The position numbers and the translations under genes are program-made. A stretch of 64,000 nt of DNA from Patescibacteria group bacterium (lineage in GTDB: Bacteria > Patescibacteriota > Patescibacteriia > UBA10025 > JAHIVO01), in the NCBI GenBank assembly GCA_028718605.1, contig JAQULM010000002.1, positions 129,776 through 193,775 of the forward strand. Reading direction: 5' to 3'. Below, piece by piece: positions 1 through 10,284 of the stretch (position 1 is its first letter; the number at the start of each line of letters is the position of its first letter). Below the pieces are notes generated by a model. That model made no database searches and was not told the DNA's origin. It worked only from the letters and a program-made list of their open reading frames with translations.

Positions 1-85
1 TGCAAAACGGTTTGTTTGAGTTTCGGTTTATTGGAATACTATAACTGCAAACCAATACAACTGTTAATACAAGCCGCAAACGGCA

Positions 86-118
86 AAAGCCCGCTATAAG
101 CATGGAGCGGGCTTTTGG
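86..118. terminator. GC hairpin (aaagcccgct / agcgggcttt) followed by TTTT on both strands; putative bidirectional intrinsic terminator
   Basis: Inverted repeat read directly from the sequence; short T-tracts on either side. Confidence 0.35.
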
Positions 119-490
119 GAATGGGACAAGCCGTAGGAATACTCACGGTTAATGATTAGAATCCCGGCTCATCCGCTACCCCTCCCCGGAAAACAGCAGT
201 CGTACGTGCATCGAAAGCAAACGGTCGTCCGGGTGTGGGGAAGGTATTGTTATGAAAGAGCGTCTTCCCTCATCCGGTCCCTTGGGGGGTTTGCAAGGGG
301 GTGCCGGAGGGGGTTGCCGGAACCGCGGACGCTACCTCATTTTCTCGTCCGGCAGTGTGAATAAAGTATCGGTTTGAATCATGGGCCTATCGTGGTTAAT
401 TGTTAACGCATGAGCGCTCAACAGTATCGTAGCACCGTAAGTTGAATTTCCCGTGAATGCTGCCTTATACCGTTGGGAATGCTGGTAAAT

Positions 491-527
491 AAAAAAGGCT
501 CTGCTGCACGCAATGCGCAGCAGAGCC
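491..527 (-). terminator. Intrinsic terminator downstream of the 786..2264 gene (11-bp stem ggctctgctgc/gcagcagagcc, then a T6 run on the minus strand)
   Basis: Perfect 11-bp inverted repeat followed by AAAAAA on the plus strand, which is a T-tract on the minus strand. Confidence 0.5.
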
Positions 528-785
528 ATCGTCAATCAAAGAAGCATGGATAGCAGGTATCAATTGATACCGTACAGCCCGCCGATCCGGTCGGTGATGT
601 AATCGATCCAGTGGTGGGGGTCCAGTTCCTCACCGGTCGCATCGATCATCGCGCGGTCGAACGACTTCACGTACCCGTACGGGTACACGCGCTCCTGCTA
701 ACCGGTTTACCGCGGCATCCCGTCATTCAACGGGACAAATTGTGGCGTAGCAGGCAGTACAGTACGTCTCCCTGGGCATTCGGGT

Positions 786-2264
786 CTAAATTTTCCCTTT
801 GACAACAAAATAACCGAGCGCCAATGCAACCACCATGACACCCAAACCAACCAACTGCCAGTTTCGTTGCGCGGCATGATGCCGACCAGAGACTGAAGCC
901 GCTGAAGTGTTGGTAGTTACGGAATTTGTAATCGTATTTGTATTGATAATGGCACTATTCACATTGGTACCCTCTTCCGCGGCCTCGGGGGGGCTATACT
1001 GCGCATTCTGCCATTCGTACGCCTTGGGGGCATCCTGGATATAGCGCTCAATAGCATCCGCGGTTGCTGAATCATACGGACGGATTTTTGAAACATACAG
1101 TTCCAAAAAATCCTCGTGCTTCAAGGTATGGGTCGCATAATCAATTGTCAGTGGCGTATCACCGAGCCCTCCTCGGTCGAAATATAAGTCGTAGCGGCAG
1201 TTTGTGTCATCGGCTGCACAATCCGGAAAAGAAAATAATGCTTTCGTTTCTGACGGGGTCGGAGGCGTCCAGCCATCATAAAGCTGCGCATCACCGAACA
1301 TGAACGAAGCTAGTGTTCGATCCAACTCGTCTTGTGACGACGCCTGTTCCAAAGCTTCTGAATAATCCGAGAGTGCCATATCCGCGGCCTTCCCCGTGCA
1401 AAAAGCGCAATGCGGGCCGCCGGATAGGGCGCGGAGCGCGCTGGCAAGCTCAAGGGTGTTTCCAAAGCTTGCCGCATTACCCTTGAGGTTTTCGGCCTGA
1501 TTCACCAGGTCAAAATCGTATACACCGAGAACAATCACGGTGTCAGACTCCGGTTCGTAATCCTTCAGCGGCACGGTAATCGTATTGCCTACCACGGTAA
1601 ACGGTAAAACGTTTTCCCCGACCAACGGAACGTCTTCAACCACACTATAGTCTGTCAGCGTCTCGGGCATTTCAAATTTTACCGTACCGCTCCCGATCGG
1701 CCCTTTCCAGCCCCGGCCGGTGCCGAGCACATAGGTTAAGTAGTACACCTCGTAGTCCTTGCCGCTTTTGGCGTCATACGAAATCGCTAACGTTGTATCT
1801 TCTCCGGGCAAAAAAGTTTCCTGCCATTGGTACACACGGATAGACTGCTCTTCGTTGTCAATATTCGCTGTGAGGTGGCCGAGATCGCCCTCTCCCAGTA
1901 CGCGGCCATTCACGGTAAAGTTTTCAACCGTGCCATAACCCCCCTCGAAGCCGCTCACAAAAGCACTGTCGCTTGACGGAAAGTAGACGCGCAGAGTTTC
2001 CGCTTCCGTTCCCGTATTCCGCATTATAAAGGTGGCAGTCACATGAACTGGCATCACCTCGCCCCACATGTCATCTTGTTGGGGTTGGCTATACTTCAAT
2101 ACAACATCCTCGCTTGCCATCGTTACGTTTGTCGCCTCAGCATCGGTTTGCACAATGCCCCCCTGCGTAAAAACAGGTGGTGGACCGACGTCAGCACTCG
2201 CAGGACGCACCCAAACAAATAGGGTGCCTACGCTCATAAGGCAGAGTAACAGGAATGTTTTCAT
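786..2264 (-). CDS. Secreted/cell-surface protein, hypothetical (N-terminal signal peptide, Thr/Asn-rich linker, C-terminal TM anchor)
   Basis: 492-aa ORF. N-terminus MKTFLLLCLMSVGTLFVWVRPASA looks like a signal peptide. C-terminal hydrophobic segment LVGLGVMVVALALGYFVV followed by KGKI. Confidence 0.6.
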   Translation of the reverse strand: MKTFLLLCLMSVGTLFVWVRPASADVGPPPVFTQGGIVQTDAEATNVTMASEDVVLKYSQPQQDDMWGEVMPVHVTATFIMRNTGTEAETLRVYFPSSDSAFVSGFEGGYGTVENFTVNGRVLGEGDLGHLTANIDNEEQSIRVYQWQETFLPGEDTTLAISYDAKSGKDYEVYYLTYVLGTGRGWKGPIGSGTVKFEMPETLTDYSVVEDVPLVGENVLPFTVVGNTITVPLKDYEPESDTVIVLGVYDFDLVNQAENLKGNAASFGNTLELASALRALSGGPHCAFCTGKAADMALSDYSEALEQASSQDELDRTLASFMFGDAQLYDGWTPPTPSETKALFSFPDCAADDTNCRYDLYFDRGGLGDTPLTIDYATHTLKHEDFLELYVSKIRPYDSATADAIERYIQDAPKAYEWQNAQYSPPEAAEEGTNVNSAIINTNTITNSVTTNTSAASVSGRHHAAQRNWQLVGLGVMVVALALGYFVVKGKI

Positions 2265-2328
2265 ATAATAATGGTAGTTTGTTAATCACTCGATAGTCCC
2301 TGCCCATTAGTATACTCGAGATATCTGA

Positions 2329-2365
2329 AAACCCCAAAGCTCGACGAGTTGAATTGTCCCGCCTA
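2329..2365 (-). repeat. Degenerate copy of the tRNA-Asn 3' end plus trailer (aaaaccccaaagctcgacgagttgaattg vs aaaaccccaaagctccgcgagtcggattc at 3974-4002)
   Basis: About 26 of 32 nt identical, including the ctttgggg trailer and the T-arm-like part. Same orientation as the tRNA. Confidence 0.4.
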
Positions 2366-2538
2366 TTTTCTTTAAAAATTTTGCCAGAAAAAAAGAATGT
2401 ATTTATTCGTCTATACTGTGGATAAATACGTTTGACAAATAAGACATACTAGTATTAACTTATTAATAGTAATAACTTAATGGTATTCAAACACCCAAAA
2501 AATAGGCATTTTTTCAATGAAATAAGATATATACCCAC

Positions 2539-2904
2539 ATGACTGAAGACATCGCAATAGACAAGAAATTCCAAAAAGAGCTTAATGCGGGCATTGTGGC
2601 ACTCATTTTGTTAAGCATTTTAGATAAATCAAATAGTCCGCAATACGGATACCAAATTGCCAAAAAGATGGAAGCGACAAACACCGGGACCGTTTCCAAG
2701 CTGGGAACATTATACCCGGTTCTGAGATCGCTCGAGGCCAGCGACCTTCTCCAGAGCAGCGTTAAACCGTCGGTATCCGGCCCCCCGCGCCGCTACTACA
2801 CTATCACACTGAAAGGCCGCGCCACGCTCAAACGATGGGTCAACATTTGGACGCAGATAAAAAGTAACTTAGATACTACCATTAACGAATCGCCCCATGA
2901 CTAA
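2539..2904 (+). CDS. PadR-family transcriptional regulator
   Basis: 121 aa with a winged-helix PadR pattern (GYQIAKKMEA...LYPVLRSLEASDLL...YYTITLKGRATLKRW). TATATA lies 5 nt upstream of the ATG, so the mRNA is possibly leaderless. Confidence 0.8.
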   Translation: MTEDIAIDKKFQKELNAGIVALILLSILDKSNSPQYGYQIAKKMEATNTGTVSKLGTLYPVLRSLEASDLLQSSVKPSVSGPPRRYYTITLKGRATLKRWVNIWTQIKSNLDTTINESPHD

Positions 2905-3787
2905 TCATATCGAAGATTATCTTATACAGCTCAAGGAAAATCTATCCGGCTGCGATCCGGCCATGATCCAGGACGCCCTATCGGATGCCGAAGAATATTT
3001 ACGGAGCGAACTGGAATATTCCCGAAAAAACAATCCAACTGCGGACTCCGACAAACTGCTGGCCGAAATAATTGATAAGTACGGAACTCCGACGGAGATT
3101 GCCGCCTCATACAAAGACGCTGAAGCAAGACTGTCCCCTACCGTAGTACTTCATCCCCGCCCCGAGAACAAGGGCGCGTTGTCTGGATTTTTCTATATTT
3201 TTTCCGATCCGAGGGCTTGGAGCGGATTGCTTTATGGGATTTTTTCGTTAATAACAGGAATTATTTATTTCACCTGGGCCGTAACCGGCGTCTCTTTGTC
3301 CCTCGGCTTAATCATCCTGATAATCGGTTTGCCTGTCACGGGCCTCTTCCTGCTGTCAGTAAAAGGGATCTCTTTTGTCGAGGGCCGCATTGTTGAGGGA
3401 CTGTTAGGCATCCGCATGCCCCGAAAATCACAGTCGAACGATATGCATCTCAGCATGTGGGGCCGTTTCAAATCACTATTCACTGACTCCAAAATATGGC
3501 TTTCTGTCTTGTATATGATATTGATGTTACCGCTTGGCGTAATCTACTTTAGTGTTTACGTCACATTGTTCACGGTCTCGCTGTCAATAATCGTATCGCC
3601 TCTTGTAAGGATTTTTTACGATGCCGCAATTATCGAAACTGCACATGCCTCATACACTATCCCTCCCTACTTATTTCCGCTGACTTTAGTCATTGGCGTT
3701 ATTATGCTCGCCACCACGTTACATCTAGCAAAAAAAATCGGCGGTTGGCATGGCCTCCTGGCCAAATCAATGCTGGTAAGGCAATAG
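2897..3787 (+). CDS. PadR-associated HAAS/DUF1700-domain membrane protein
   Basis: N-terminus (IEDYLIQLKENLSG...IQDALSDAEEYL...KYGTPTEIAASYKD) matches the DUF1700/HAAS pattern. Followed by about 5 TM helices. Overlaps the PadR stop. Confidence 0.7.
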   Translation: MTNHIEDYLIQLKENLSGCDPAMIQDALSDAEEYLRSELEYSRKNNPTADSDKLLAEIIDKYGTPTEIAASYKDAEARLSPTVVLHPRPENKGALSGFFYIFSDPRAWSGLLYGIFSLITGIIYFTWAVTGVSLSLGLIILIIGLPVTGLFLLSVKGISFVEGRIVEGLLGIRMPRKSQSNDMHLSMWGRFKSLFTDSKIWLSVLYMILMLPLGVIYFSVYVTLFTVSLSIIVSPLVRIFYDAAIIETAHASYTIPPYLFPLTLVIGVIMLATTLHLAKKIGGWHGLLAKSMLVRQ

Positions 3788-3912
3788 TGTCATGACGGCA
3801 AACTCGCTACAGGACAGGCAGCCTCAGCTAGAGGCTGACCAAACTTTGGCGGGGGTTGCTCATCCCGGCGCTCAGCGGCGGTGCCCGCATCGCTGAGCCC
3901 GCCTCGTCGGCC

Positions 3913-3941
3913 GCGGCTGAAGCAGTTCAGCCGCTTTCCCC
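3913..3941 (+). terminator. Hairpin gcggctgaa-gcag-ttcagccgc followed by TTTCCCC; weak intrinsic terminator for the PadR/HAAS unit
   Basis: 9-bp perfect stem with a 4-nt loop. The T-tract is short. Confidence 0.35.
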
Positions 3942-3984
3942 GTCTCGGCCCATTGAGCTATATGGATATCCAAAAACCCCAAAG

Positions 3985-4056
3985 CTCCGCGAGTCGGATT
4001 CGGACCGACAACCTACCGGTTAACAGCCGGTTGCTCTACCATTGAGCTATCGCGGA
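3985..4056 (-). tRNA. tRNA-Asn (anticodon GTT)
   Basis: Cloverleaf folded by hand: acceptor TCCGCGA/TCGCGGA, U8, D-arm GCTC..GAGC, anticodon stem ACCGG/CCGGT with loop CTGTTAA, T-arm GTCGG-TCCGAAT-CCGAC, discriminator G. Leader and trailer extend the acceptor helix by 9 bp (ccccaaagc / gctttgggg). Confidence 0.85.
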
Positions 4057-4083
4057 GCTTTGGGGTTGAAGGCAACAAACGCT

Positions 4084-5304
4084 CTAGTAATCCCGCAGTT
4101 TTTTCATCCCCGTGTGCTCTTCAATCTTCTCGAGGGCCTTCGCTTCGATCTGGCGGATGCGCTCGCGGGTGACGCCGAATTCCTGGCCGACCTCCTCGAG
4201 CGTATGCGATACGCCGTCAGACAGACCGAAACGCATCTCAAGGATCTTCTGCTCGCGCGGGGAAAGCTCTTTGATGATTTCCTGCACGTGGTCCTTGAGG
4301 AGCTGCATTGCGGCAACACGGTCTGGCGTGACTGTTTTCACGTCTTCGATGAAATCCCCGAGGACCGAATCTTCATCATCGCTGTCGCCCACTGACGTTT
4401 CGAGGGATACGGTATCTTGGGATATTTTAATGATATGATGGATTTTGTCAACAGTTTCGCCCATCTCAGCGGCAATTTCCTCGGGAAGCGGCTCGCGCCC
4501 GAGATCCTGTATCAGCTGCCGTTCGATCTGCTGGAACCGGTTGATGGTCTCAACCATATGCACGGGAATACGGATCGTCCGCGACTGGTCGGCGAGCGCA
4601 CGCGTGATCGCCTGGCGGATCCACCAGGTCGCGTACGTGGAAAATTTATAGCCCTTGCGGTAATCGAACTTTTCGACGGCACGGAACAGGCCAATGTTCC
4701 CCTCTTGGATCAGATCAAGCAGTGATAATGACCTGCCAGTGAATTTCTTGGCGATCGAAACGACCAGGCGCAAGTTCGCCTCAACGAGCCGCCGCTGGGC
4801 TTCCACGTCACCCGCTTCTTTGCGCTTCGCGAGCTGGGTTTCCTCTTCGCCGGACAAGAGCGGCACCTTGCCGATTTCACGGAGGTACATCTGTATCGAA
4901 TCGTTTGAAATATCAGACAGGTCCAATCGGCGCTTGTCCACGTCGTTTTTTCCGGCTGGTTTCGCTTCCTCAACCTCGCCGATCAGCGAACCGGTGTTCT
5001 CGACAACCTGAATGCCGCTTCCTTCCAGTTTCGTCAAAAACTCCTCATATAATGGCAGGCATTCTTCCAGCTCAGGGAAGGCGTAGAGGATTTCCGTCTC
5101 GGTCAAAAAACCGCGCGAGCGTGCTTTCTCATACAGCTTCGCGAGTTTCTCTGGTGAAGGTATCTGGGCGACCGGCTTTTCCGGTGTTTTCCTGGCAGCA
5201 GGCTTTGCACCCTTCCGGGCTCCCTTTTTCAGTGCTGGCTTCTTCGCGCTGGACTTGGCCTTGGTTGTCGATTTTTTTGATTTCTTTTTTGCTTTTACTG
5301 CCAT
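4084..5304 (-). CDS. rpoD: RNA polymerase sigma-70 factor RpoD
   Basis: Region 2 is [37 protein letters not shown]; regions 3/4 present. Lys-rich N-terminal extension. Confidence 0.95.
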   Translation of the reverse strand: MAVKAKKKSKKSTTKAKSSAKKPALKKGARKGAKPAARKTPEKPVAQIPSPEKLAKLYEKARSRGFLTETEILYAFPELEECLPLYEEFLTKLEGSGIQVVENTGSLIGEVEEAKPAGKNDVDKRRLDLSDISNDSIQMYLREIGKVPLLSGEEETQLAKRKEAGDVEAQRRLVEANLRLVVSIAKKFTGRSLSLLDLIQEGNIGLFRAVEKFDYRKGYKFSTYATWWIRQAITRALADQSRTIRIPVHMVETINRFQQIERQLIQDLGREPLPEEIAAEMGETVDKIHHIIKISQDTVSLETSVGDSDDEDSVLGDFIEDVKTVTPDRVAAMQLLKDHVQEIIKELSPREQKILEMRFGLSDGVSHTLEEVGQEFGVTRERIRQIEAKALEKIEEHTGMKKLRDY

Positions 5305-5351
5305 AAATATATAGACATCGCCCGCGGGGACATTATGATAAAATGTGAAAT

Positions 5352-7148
5352 TTATTCGAGCTGCTTGAGCTCTGCCGTCAGCTCGGAGAAATGCTGAGCG
5401 TACTGCTGTATCTTCTGCTCATCCTTGTCCGTTTCAGCGTCGCGGAGTGCCGCCTCAACCTCCCGGAGCTTTCGCTGGATCGCTGAATGCCGCAACTCAC
5501 GAGAGCTCTGCACGACAACCTGGCGGAGCGAATCGTCATCAAATGAGCCGTACGCATGCTCAGCGTGCATAGCCAAAACCTCAGCAAATGTGGCGAGATT
5601 CTTATTTTCCGCAGGAATTGTACGGACAAAATCCGTAGAGTCAAAAAGATGGTTCTTAGTATAGTACACAATTGCCTGTTTGTAAAGTTGCTGCTGCTTG
5701 ACAGTGGGAAAGTGCTCCGGCTCGACGTGTTCAATACAATAGTTCAGATGGTCGGGATATTGGAGCACGACGCCCAAGAGATCATCGCCGATTGACTCGT
5801 GCCGGTCGCGCACCGGTGCAGTCGCAGCATGCACTGCCTTCGTGCCGGGAGTTTGCTTCGAGCGGATCGACTTCAGCTTGTCGCGAAGCACGTCTTCGCC
5901 GACATGGAGGAGCGAGCTCAGTTTTTGGAGGTAATGAGTCTGCTCGATCGTATCACCGAGTTTCGCGATGACCGGCAGCAGCGCTTTGGTCGCGCGTTTT
6001 TTATGCTCGACGTTCGATAGGTCCGCGTTGCGGAACGTCGTATCAAAATAGTAGTCCATAATGGACCGGGCACCCTCAATGGCCTTGCGCCACGCACCGA
6101 CGCCCTGCTTCGCCACAAGCTCGTCGGGATCCTTTGCGCCCGCCGGCAAGACGATGACCTTGGTGCCCATTTCGAGCTCCCATGCCACGTCAATGCCGCG
6201 TTTTGACGCCGTATCGCCAGCAGTATCCTGGTCAAATGCGAATGCCAAATCACCCGTAAACCGCTTGAGGAGCCGCACCTGGTCGTGTGTCAGCGCGGTG
6301 CCCGAAGACGCCACAACATTCGTGACGCCAGCCTGGTGGGATGCGATGCAGTCCATATACCCTTCGACGATGATGGCGAGCTTTTCTTTCTTAATCGCGA
6401 CTTTTGCCTTGTCAATGCCGTAGAGAACCGCACTCTTGTTGTAGACGACCGTCTGGGGCGTATTGATGTATTTCGCGATGTCCTTCTCCAGCCCAAGCCA
6501 CCGTCCGCCGAACCCGATCACGTTCCCGTGGGTGTCTGCAATCGGAAACATCAGCCGGTTCCTAAAACGGTCGTTGTAACCAACCCCGCGGTCTTTCTTC
6601 AACGTGAGGCCTGCCTGGAAAATATCATCCGTTGAAAATTTCCGCTGTACTAAATGTGTGTTCAGTACGTCCCATGCGTCCGGCGCGAACCCGAGCTGCC
6701 ACGCGTCAATCGTTTCAGCAGCAACCTGCCGCTTCGCAAGGTAGTCGCGGACGTACTGTGCTTTTGGATGTTCGAGCAACAGCCGGTGGTAAAAATCGGC
6801 CGCTGCCTTGCATACGTCGAGAACTCTCGTCTTCTGGTTTGACAGCGCGGGGTCCTGGTACTGGAGCTGGACACCCGCTTTTTTCGCCAGCGTGCGGAGC
6901 GCCTCAGGGAATTCCAGGCCTTCCATCTTTTGGACGAACTCGAAAATGTCACCGCCCTCGCCGCAACCGAAGCAGTGCCAAATCTGTTTATCGCGGGATA
7001 TCACGAACGACGGCGTTTTCTCATTATGGAACGGGCACAGTGCCTTGAAACTGTTCGTGCCCGCCGGCTTCACCTGGATGTACTCCTGGATGAGGTCGAC
7101 GACGTCGACTTTGGACTTGATTTCTTCAATGTTATTATCGGTTGCCAT
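5352..7148 (-). CDS. dnaG: DNA primase DnaG
   Basis: Zinc ribbon [11 protein letters not shown]...[10 protein letters not shown]; [14 protein letters not shown]. Lies immediately upstream of rpoD, the classic macromolecular-synthesis operon arrangement. Confidence 0.95.
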   Translation of the reverse strand: MATDNNIEEIKSKVDVVDLIQEYIQVKPAGTNSFKALCPFHNEKTPSFVISRDKQIWHCFGCGEGGDIFEFVQKMEGLEFPEALRTLAKKAGVQLQYQDPALSNQKTRVLDVCKAAADFYHRLLLEHPKAQYVRDYLAKRQVAAETIDAWQLGFAPDAWDVLNTHLVQRKFSTDDIFQAGLTLKKDRGVGYNDRFRNRLMFPIADTHGNVIGFGGRWLGLEKDIAKYINTPQTVVYNKSAVLYGIDKAKVAIKKEKLAIIVEGYMDCIASHQAGVTNVVASSGTALTHDQVRLLKRFTGDLAFAFDQDTAGDTASKRGIDVAWELEMGTKVIVLPAGAKDPDELVAKQGVGAWRKAIEGARSIMDYYFDTTFRNADLSNVEHKKRATKALLPVIAKLGDTIEQTHYLQKLSSLLHVGEDVLRDKLKSIRSKQTPGTKAVHAATAPVRDRHESIGDDLLGVVLQYPDHLNYCIEHVEPEHFPTVKQQQLYKQAIVYYTKNHLFDSTDFVRTIPAENKNLATFAEVLAMHAEHAYGSFDDDSLRQVVVQSSRELRHSAIQRKLREVEAALRDAETDKDEQKIQQYAQHFSELTAELKQLE

Positions 7149-7662
7149 GGGCGTACGGTAATTTGGAAATGCTAACGTCGGACACCTTTTGGTTGTTATC
7201 CAGCTTTGCGGTCAGGAAAAAAACCGCATCGCCGGCAACGATATCCTTGAAACAGTAGTTCAAATCATCCACCAATTCGTACTCGCTGTCAAGCACCTTA
7301 TCCTTATGGATCCAGAGGAGGTCGCCATCCTTGGTGTGGGTACCATGTGGCACCTTTTTAGACGGCACTGAAGTTTTAAAATACAACATGACCCAGTCTT
7401 CATCATACCCGCCCTCAAGTTTTACCACCCCCACCAGTGTAATCTGCTCGCTGGCAATACGGTACCCTGTTTCTTCCTCTGTTTCCCGGATCACCGCATC
7501 GAGAAAATTCTCCCCTGGCTCGACCCTGCCACCGATGGAATTCAGACGATTCGGGTCAATCCAACTATCTGGCTTCCGGTGCAACATTAAATACTCATCC
7601 CCGTGGAACAAAAAGTTGTTCACTGACGTCTGGACCTTGCGGATGTACTTCGGGTGGCTCAT
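7135..7662 (-). CDS. NUDIX hydrolase
   Basis: Nudix box GGRVEPGENFLDAVIRETEEETGY. Its stop overlaps the dnaG start. Confidence 0.8.
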   Translation of the reverse strand: MSHPKYIRKVQTSVNNFLFHGDEYLMLHRKPDSWIDPNRLNSIGGRVEPGENFLDAVIRETEEETGYRIASEQITLVGVVKLEGGYDEDWVMLYFKTSVPSKKVPHGTHTKDGDLLWIHKDKVLDSEYELVDDLNYCFKDIVAGDAVFFLTAKLDNNQKVSDVSISKLPYAHGNR

Positions 7663-8606
7663 AAGGTTCCACCGGTTATGCTGCCGCTATCGCCTCTGCC
7701 TTCAATGGCATCAACGATCCGCTGGCCGAGGAGCGGCGCAACGCGGGTCGAAAACGTTTCGTTGGGATGCGAATCATCGCTGCTCGCCGCGTATTCGGAT
7801 TTCAAATACAGGCCGCCGCCGGTTTCCAAGCTTCGGAAATCCCAGACGAAAATGTTGTCTCCGCGCACATCCCATTCATCCCGGACCCACGCGGCGAATC
7901 CGTTCGCCCGTTCAGCCTGTTCAGCGCTCATCGCTCCCTCAACCTGCGCTGAGCCGGTCCACACGATAAATGTAGTGTTCGGAAACGTAAGCATTTTTGC
8001 TCTCAACGCTCCGTATTGCAGCTTGTAATTCTCCAGTGTTTTATCAGACGAATCAACGCTCGGACTGCCAGTATCAGGCTCGATGTCGCTCACGGGAAAA
8101 CAGTGTTTCCAAACAATCACGTCGTACTCCTGGGTGAGCGTTTCAAGCGTCGGCTCCTCCTGGTACGCTTCCGCACCCGCGTGGTTTACCCAGATGTTCC
8201 AATAATCGTACGGGTAATTCTCCCAGCCGTACGGCGAATCCTTGGGGAACGCTTGCTCGGTGATTGCGTACGCCGTGCCATGGCTGGCATTATACTCGTC
8301 AAACCACGCGCTCACGCCGCCATCCCAAACGTTCTGGCCGGTGCTGTGGTGGAGGAATATGATTTGCTCGCCGTTAGAACTGCTATCCTGCTCAGCAAGT
8401 GTATTAACTAGAGCGTTGGTGGTAGTGTTCGTGGCTGTATCAACAGATGCGGCATTCGTATTCTGAATATTCTGCGCCGTCATCGTATTCGAATTCTTAG
8501 AAGTTTTTTCCGTGCACCCTGTCACAATGAACAGCAAACACGCGGCAAGTGCACACATGCCGACGGATACGCTCGATCGAATAATCTTCTCTTTCATAGT
8601 ATTCAA
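7659..8606 (-). CDS. Lipoprotein, hypothetical (possible SGNH-like hydrolase)
   Basis: Lipobox LFIVTGC after the signal peptide. A DSHPN motif near the C-terminus is reminiscent of SGNH block V. Overall fold not recognised. Confidence 0.5.
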   Translation of the reverse strand: MNTMKEKIIRSSVSVGMCALAACLLFIVTGCTEKTSKNSNTMTAQNIQNTNAASVDTATNTTTNALVNTLAEQDSSSNGEQIIFLHHSTGQNVWDGGVSAWFDEYNASHGTAYAITEQAFPKDSPYGWENYPYDYWNIWVNHAGAEAYQEEPTLETLTQEYDVIVWKHCFPVSDIEPDTGSPSVDSSDKTLENYKLQYGALRAKMLTFPNTTFIVWTGSAQVEGAMSAEQAERANGFAAWVRDEWDVRGDNIFVWDFRSLETGGGLYLKSEYAASSDDSHPNETFSTRVAPLLGQRIVDAIEGRGDSGSITGGTL

Positions 8607-8641
8607 TTTTTATACGCTGGCTAGGGCTCGATAGGGAAAGC

Positions 8642-9388
8642 TCACGCCAAATTATATTGTTTAATGAAACGGCCCATCTCTTCATTCACCACTCGGATCA
8701 CTTGAGGGTGATAGCGATAGCCATGCCCGCTCACGATTACTTTAAGCATTTTCGGTTCGGGAATAGCTTCAAATGATTTCCTGGCGGTATCGAGCGGGGT
8801 GAATTCGTCGCCGGTCCCGAAAATTAGAAGTTTTGGTTTGGTGCATTTTTGCAATGCCTCGCCCGGATTATATTTTTTACCATCAGTCCAATAGGCAATC
8901 GGCAGCCTGAACTCCTTCTGCTTTTTCGTCTTTGAAGTGCCCGGCGGAAAATCCCGATAGGAAAGCATGAACCCCTTTTGCATATCCTCTTTACATGGCG
9001 CAGAAGGTGCACCCAAGTTCGGCATAATCGCCACGATACCGATCACAGCCGAATTCACCATGCTCGAGAGTATTGCAGCCGCAGCTCCTCGGCTATGCCC
9101 AACGAGCAAGGTCGGCTTATGACCGAAGTACTCAATCAATTCGTTGATAGCCTTGAGATAATTTGTCGTGGTGCAGAGATCAATGCCGCCGGGGCTATCC
9201 CACGTGCCGGGCGGATCGAAGGCAACTGCAAGAAATCCTCGTTTTGCCAGATAATCGGCATGGCTGACAAAATTGGCATAGTCTTTGGTGTCTAGTCTTC
9301 CGGGAATTAACAAGGCAAGGTATTTTGCATTTTCATCCCCGCTTGTAAAAACTGCCAATTCGAATGTTTTCGTTCTGATAGTTTGCAT
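8642..9388 (-). CDS. Alpha/beta-fold hydrolase (dienelactone-hydrolase/esterase-like)
   Basis: Nucleophile elbow GHSRG. Length and pattern fit an alpha/beta hydrolase. Confidence 0.7.
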   Translation of the reverse strand: MQTIRTKTFELAVFTSGDENAKYLALLIPGRLDTKDYANFVSHADYLAKRGFLAVAFDPPGTWDSPGGIDLCTTTNYLKAINELIEYFGHKPTLLVGHSRGAAAAILSSMVNSAVIGIVAIMPNLGAPSAPCKEDMQKGFMLSYRDFPPGTSKTKKQKEFRLPIAYWTDGKKYNPGEALQKCTKPKLLIFGTGDEFTPLDTARKSFEAIPEPKMLKVIVSGHGYRYHPQVIRVVNEEMGRFIKQYNLA

Positions 9389-9517
9389 AGTACGATACTT
9401 CAGCAGAGCGGAGAGGGCGGCCCCGCTATCCCCTTCGTTTCACTCAGGGTCAGCGGGATTTCGCCATCTGGCCGAATTTTTGTTCTCAAGATTCGAACCT
9501 ACAAGACCCGTATAAAG

Positions 9518-9605
9518 CGGAGACGAGAGGATTTGAACCTCTGATACCCTTTTGAGGTATACGTCCTTTCCAGGGACGCCCGATCAACCACTCCGGCACG
9601 TCTCC
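9518..9605 (-). tRNA. tRNA-Ser (anticodon GGA), type II with long variable arm
   Basis: Acceptor GGAGACG/CGTCTCC; anticodon stem CGTCC/GGACG with loop CTGGAAA; variable-arm hairpin; T-arm AGAGG-TTCAAAT-CCTCT; discriminator G. Confidence 0.85.
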
Positions 9606-9769
9606 GCCCTATAAAGGTCGCTCACGCACTCGACCACGGAGCCTGCCCTGAGTGAGCCCGCAAGCGCGGGCGAACCGAAGGGCGACCTCTCCCCGTACTT
9701 AAAAACATACCAATTTTCCGCTGTTTCAGTATACCATAGCACCCAGCGCCTAAAAAGCAAAGGCCGCCC

Positions 9770-9798
9770 TTGACACGATTTCCTCTGTTCTATAAGAT
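9770..9798 (+). promoter_or_regulatory. Sigma-70-like promoter (TTGACA-17-TAAGAT, or TATAAG with a 15-nt spacer) at the start of an ORF-poor region
   Basis: Hexamers read directly. The first ATG (9805) lies 6-8 nt downstream of the -10. Confidence 0.4.
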
Positions 9799-10284
9799 GC
9801 GGGCATGGATACGGAGGGCAATATGGTTGGTTCATTGATTCTCTGTTTGTTGCCCGCATCCTATCCATGCCTTATCCCGGGCAAATCGTTGCCCGGAACC
9901 AGGCAGTTGGCTGAAACTGCGGCAATCGCTATGAGCTCCCTGGAAGCAATTCCGGGCGCTGCGGTTGGTGCAGTAGCCGACTTTGTCGCATTTCATCGCG
10001 GATCCCTTCGTGGATCCTGGAAAATCCAACCGGCTTATACGACAAAGTGCGAGATGCGGGCGTAACGACCCTTTTACAAACCTCGAGTTATGTATATTAC
10101 TCGAGCCGATGTGAGTTCCCTCATAGGAACATCTTTGGTTAGAAACAACCGCCATGCACACAGTATCCTGCGATACGACAGTGCAAATAAGAGATGTTTC
10201 CTCTCAGGAAAGGTTTCCCTTTGGCAAGGAAAGTTGGGCCGTTACTCTTTCAGTTATTTTCTACTTCAATACGAAGCGCTTCAG

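Noticed and set aside
190-230. Sequence superficially resembling group II intron domain V (…gtcgtacgtgcatcgaaagcaaacgg…)
   Set aside because: The proposed helix does not pair on inspection, and no other intron domains or an intron-encoded protein ORF are nearby.
9483-9510. tRNA T-loop-like motif (GGTTCGAATC) just downstream of tRNA-Ser
   Set aside because: The flanking bases do not form a T-stem or acceptor stem, so no cloverleaf can be drawn. It may be a decayed tRNA fragment but is not annotatable.
9584-9868. 94-aa ORF overlapping tRNA-Ser; also the 28289..28495 ORF overlapping tRNA-Leu
   Set aside because: Both overlap confidently folded tRNA genes and have no Shine-Dalgarno site or promoter of their own.
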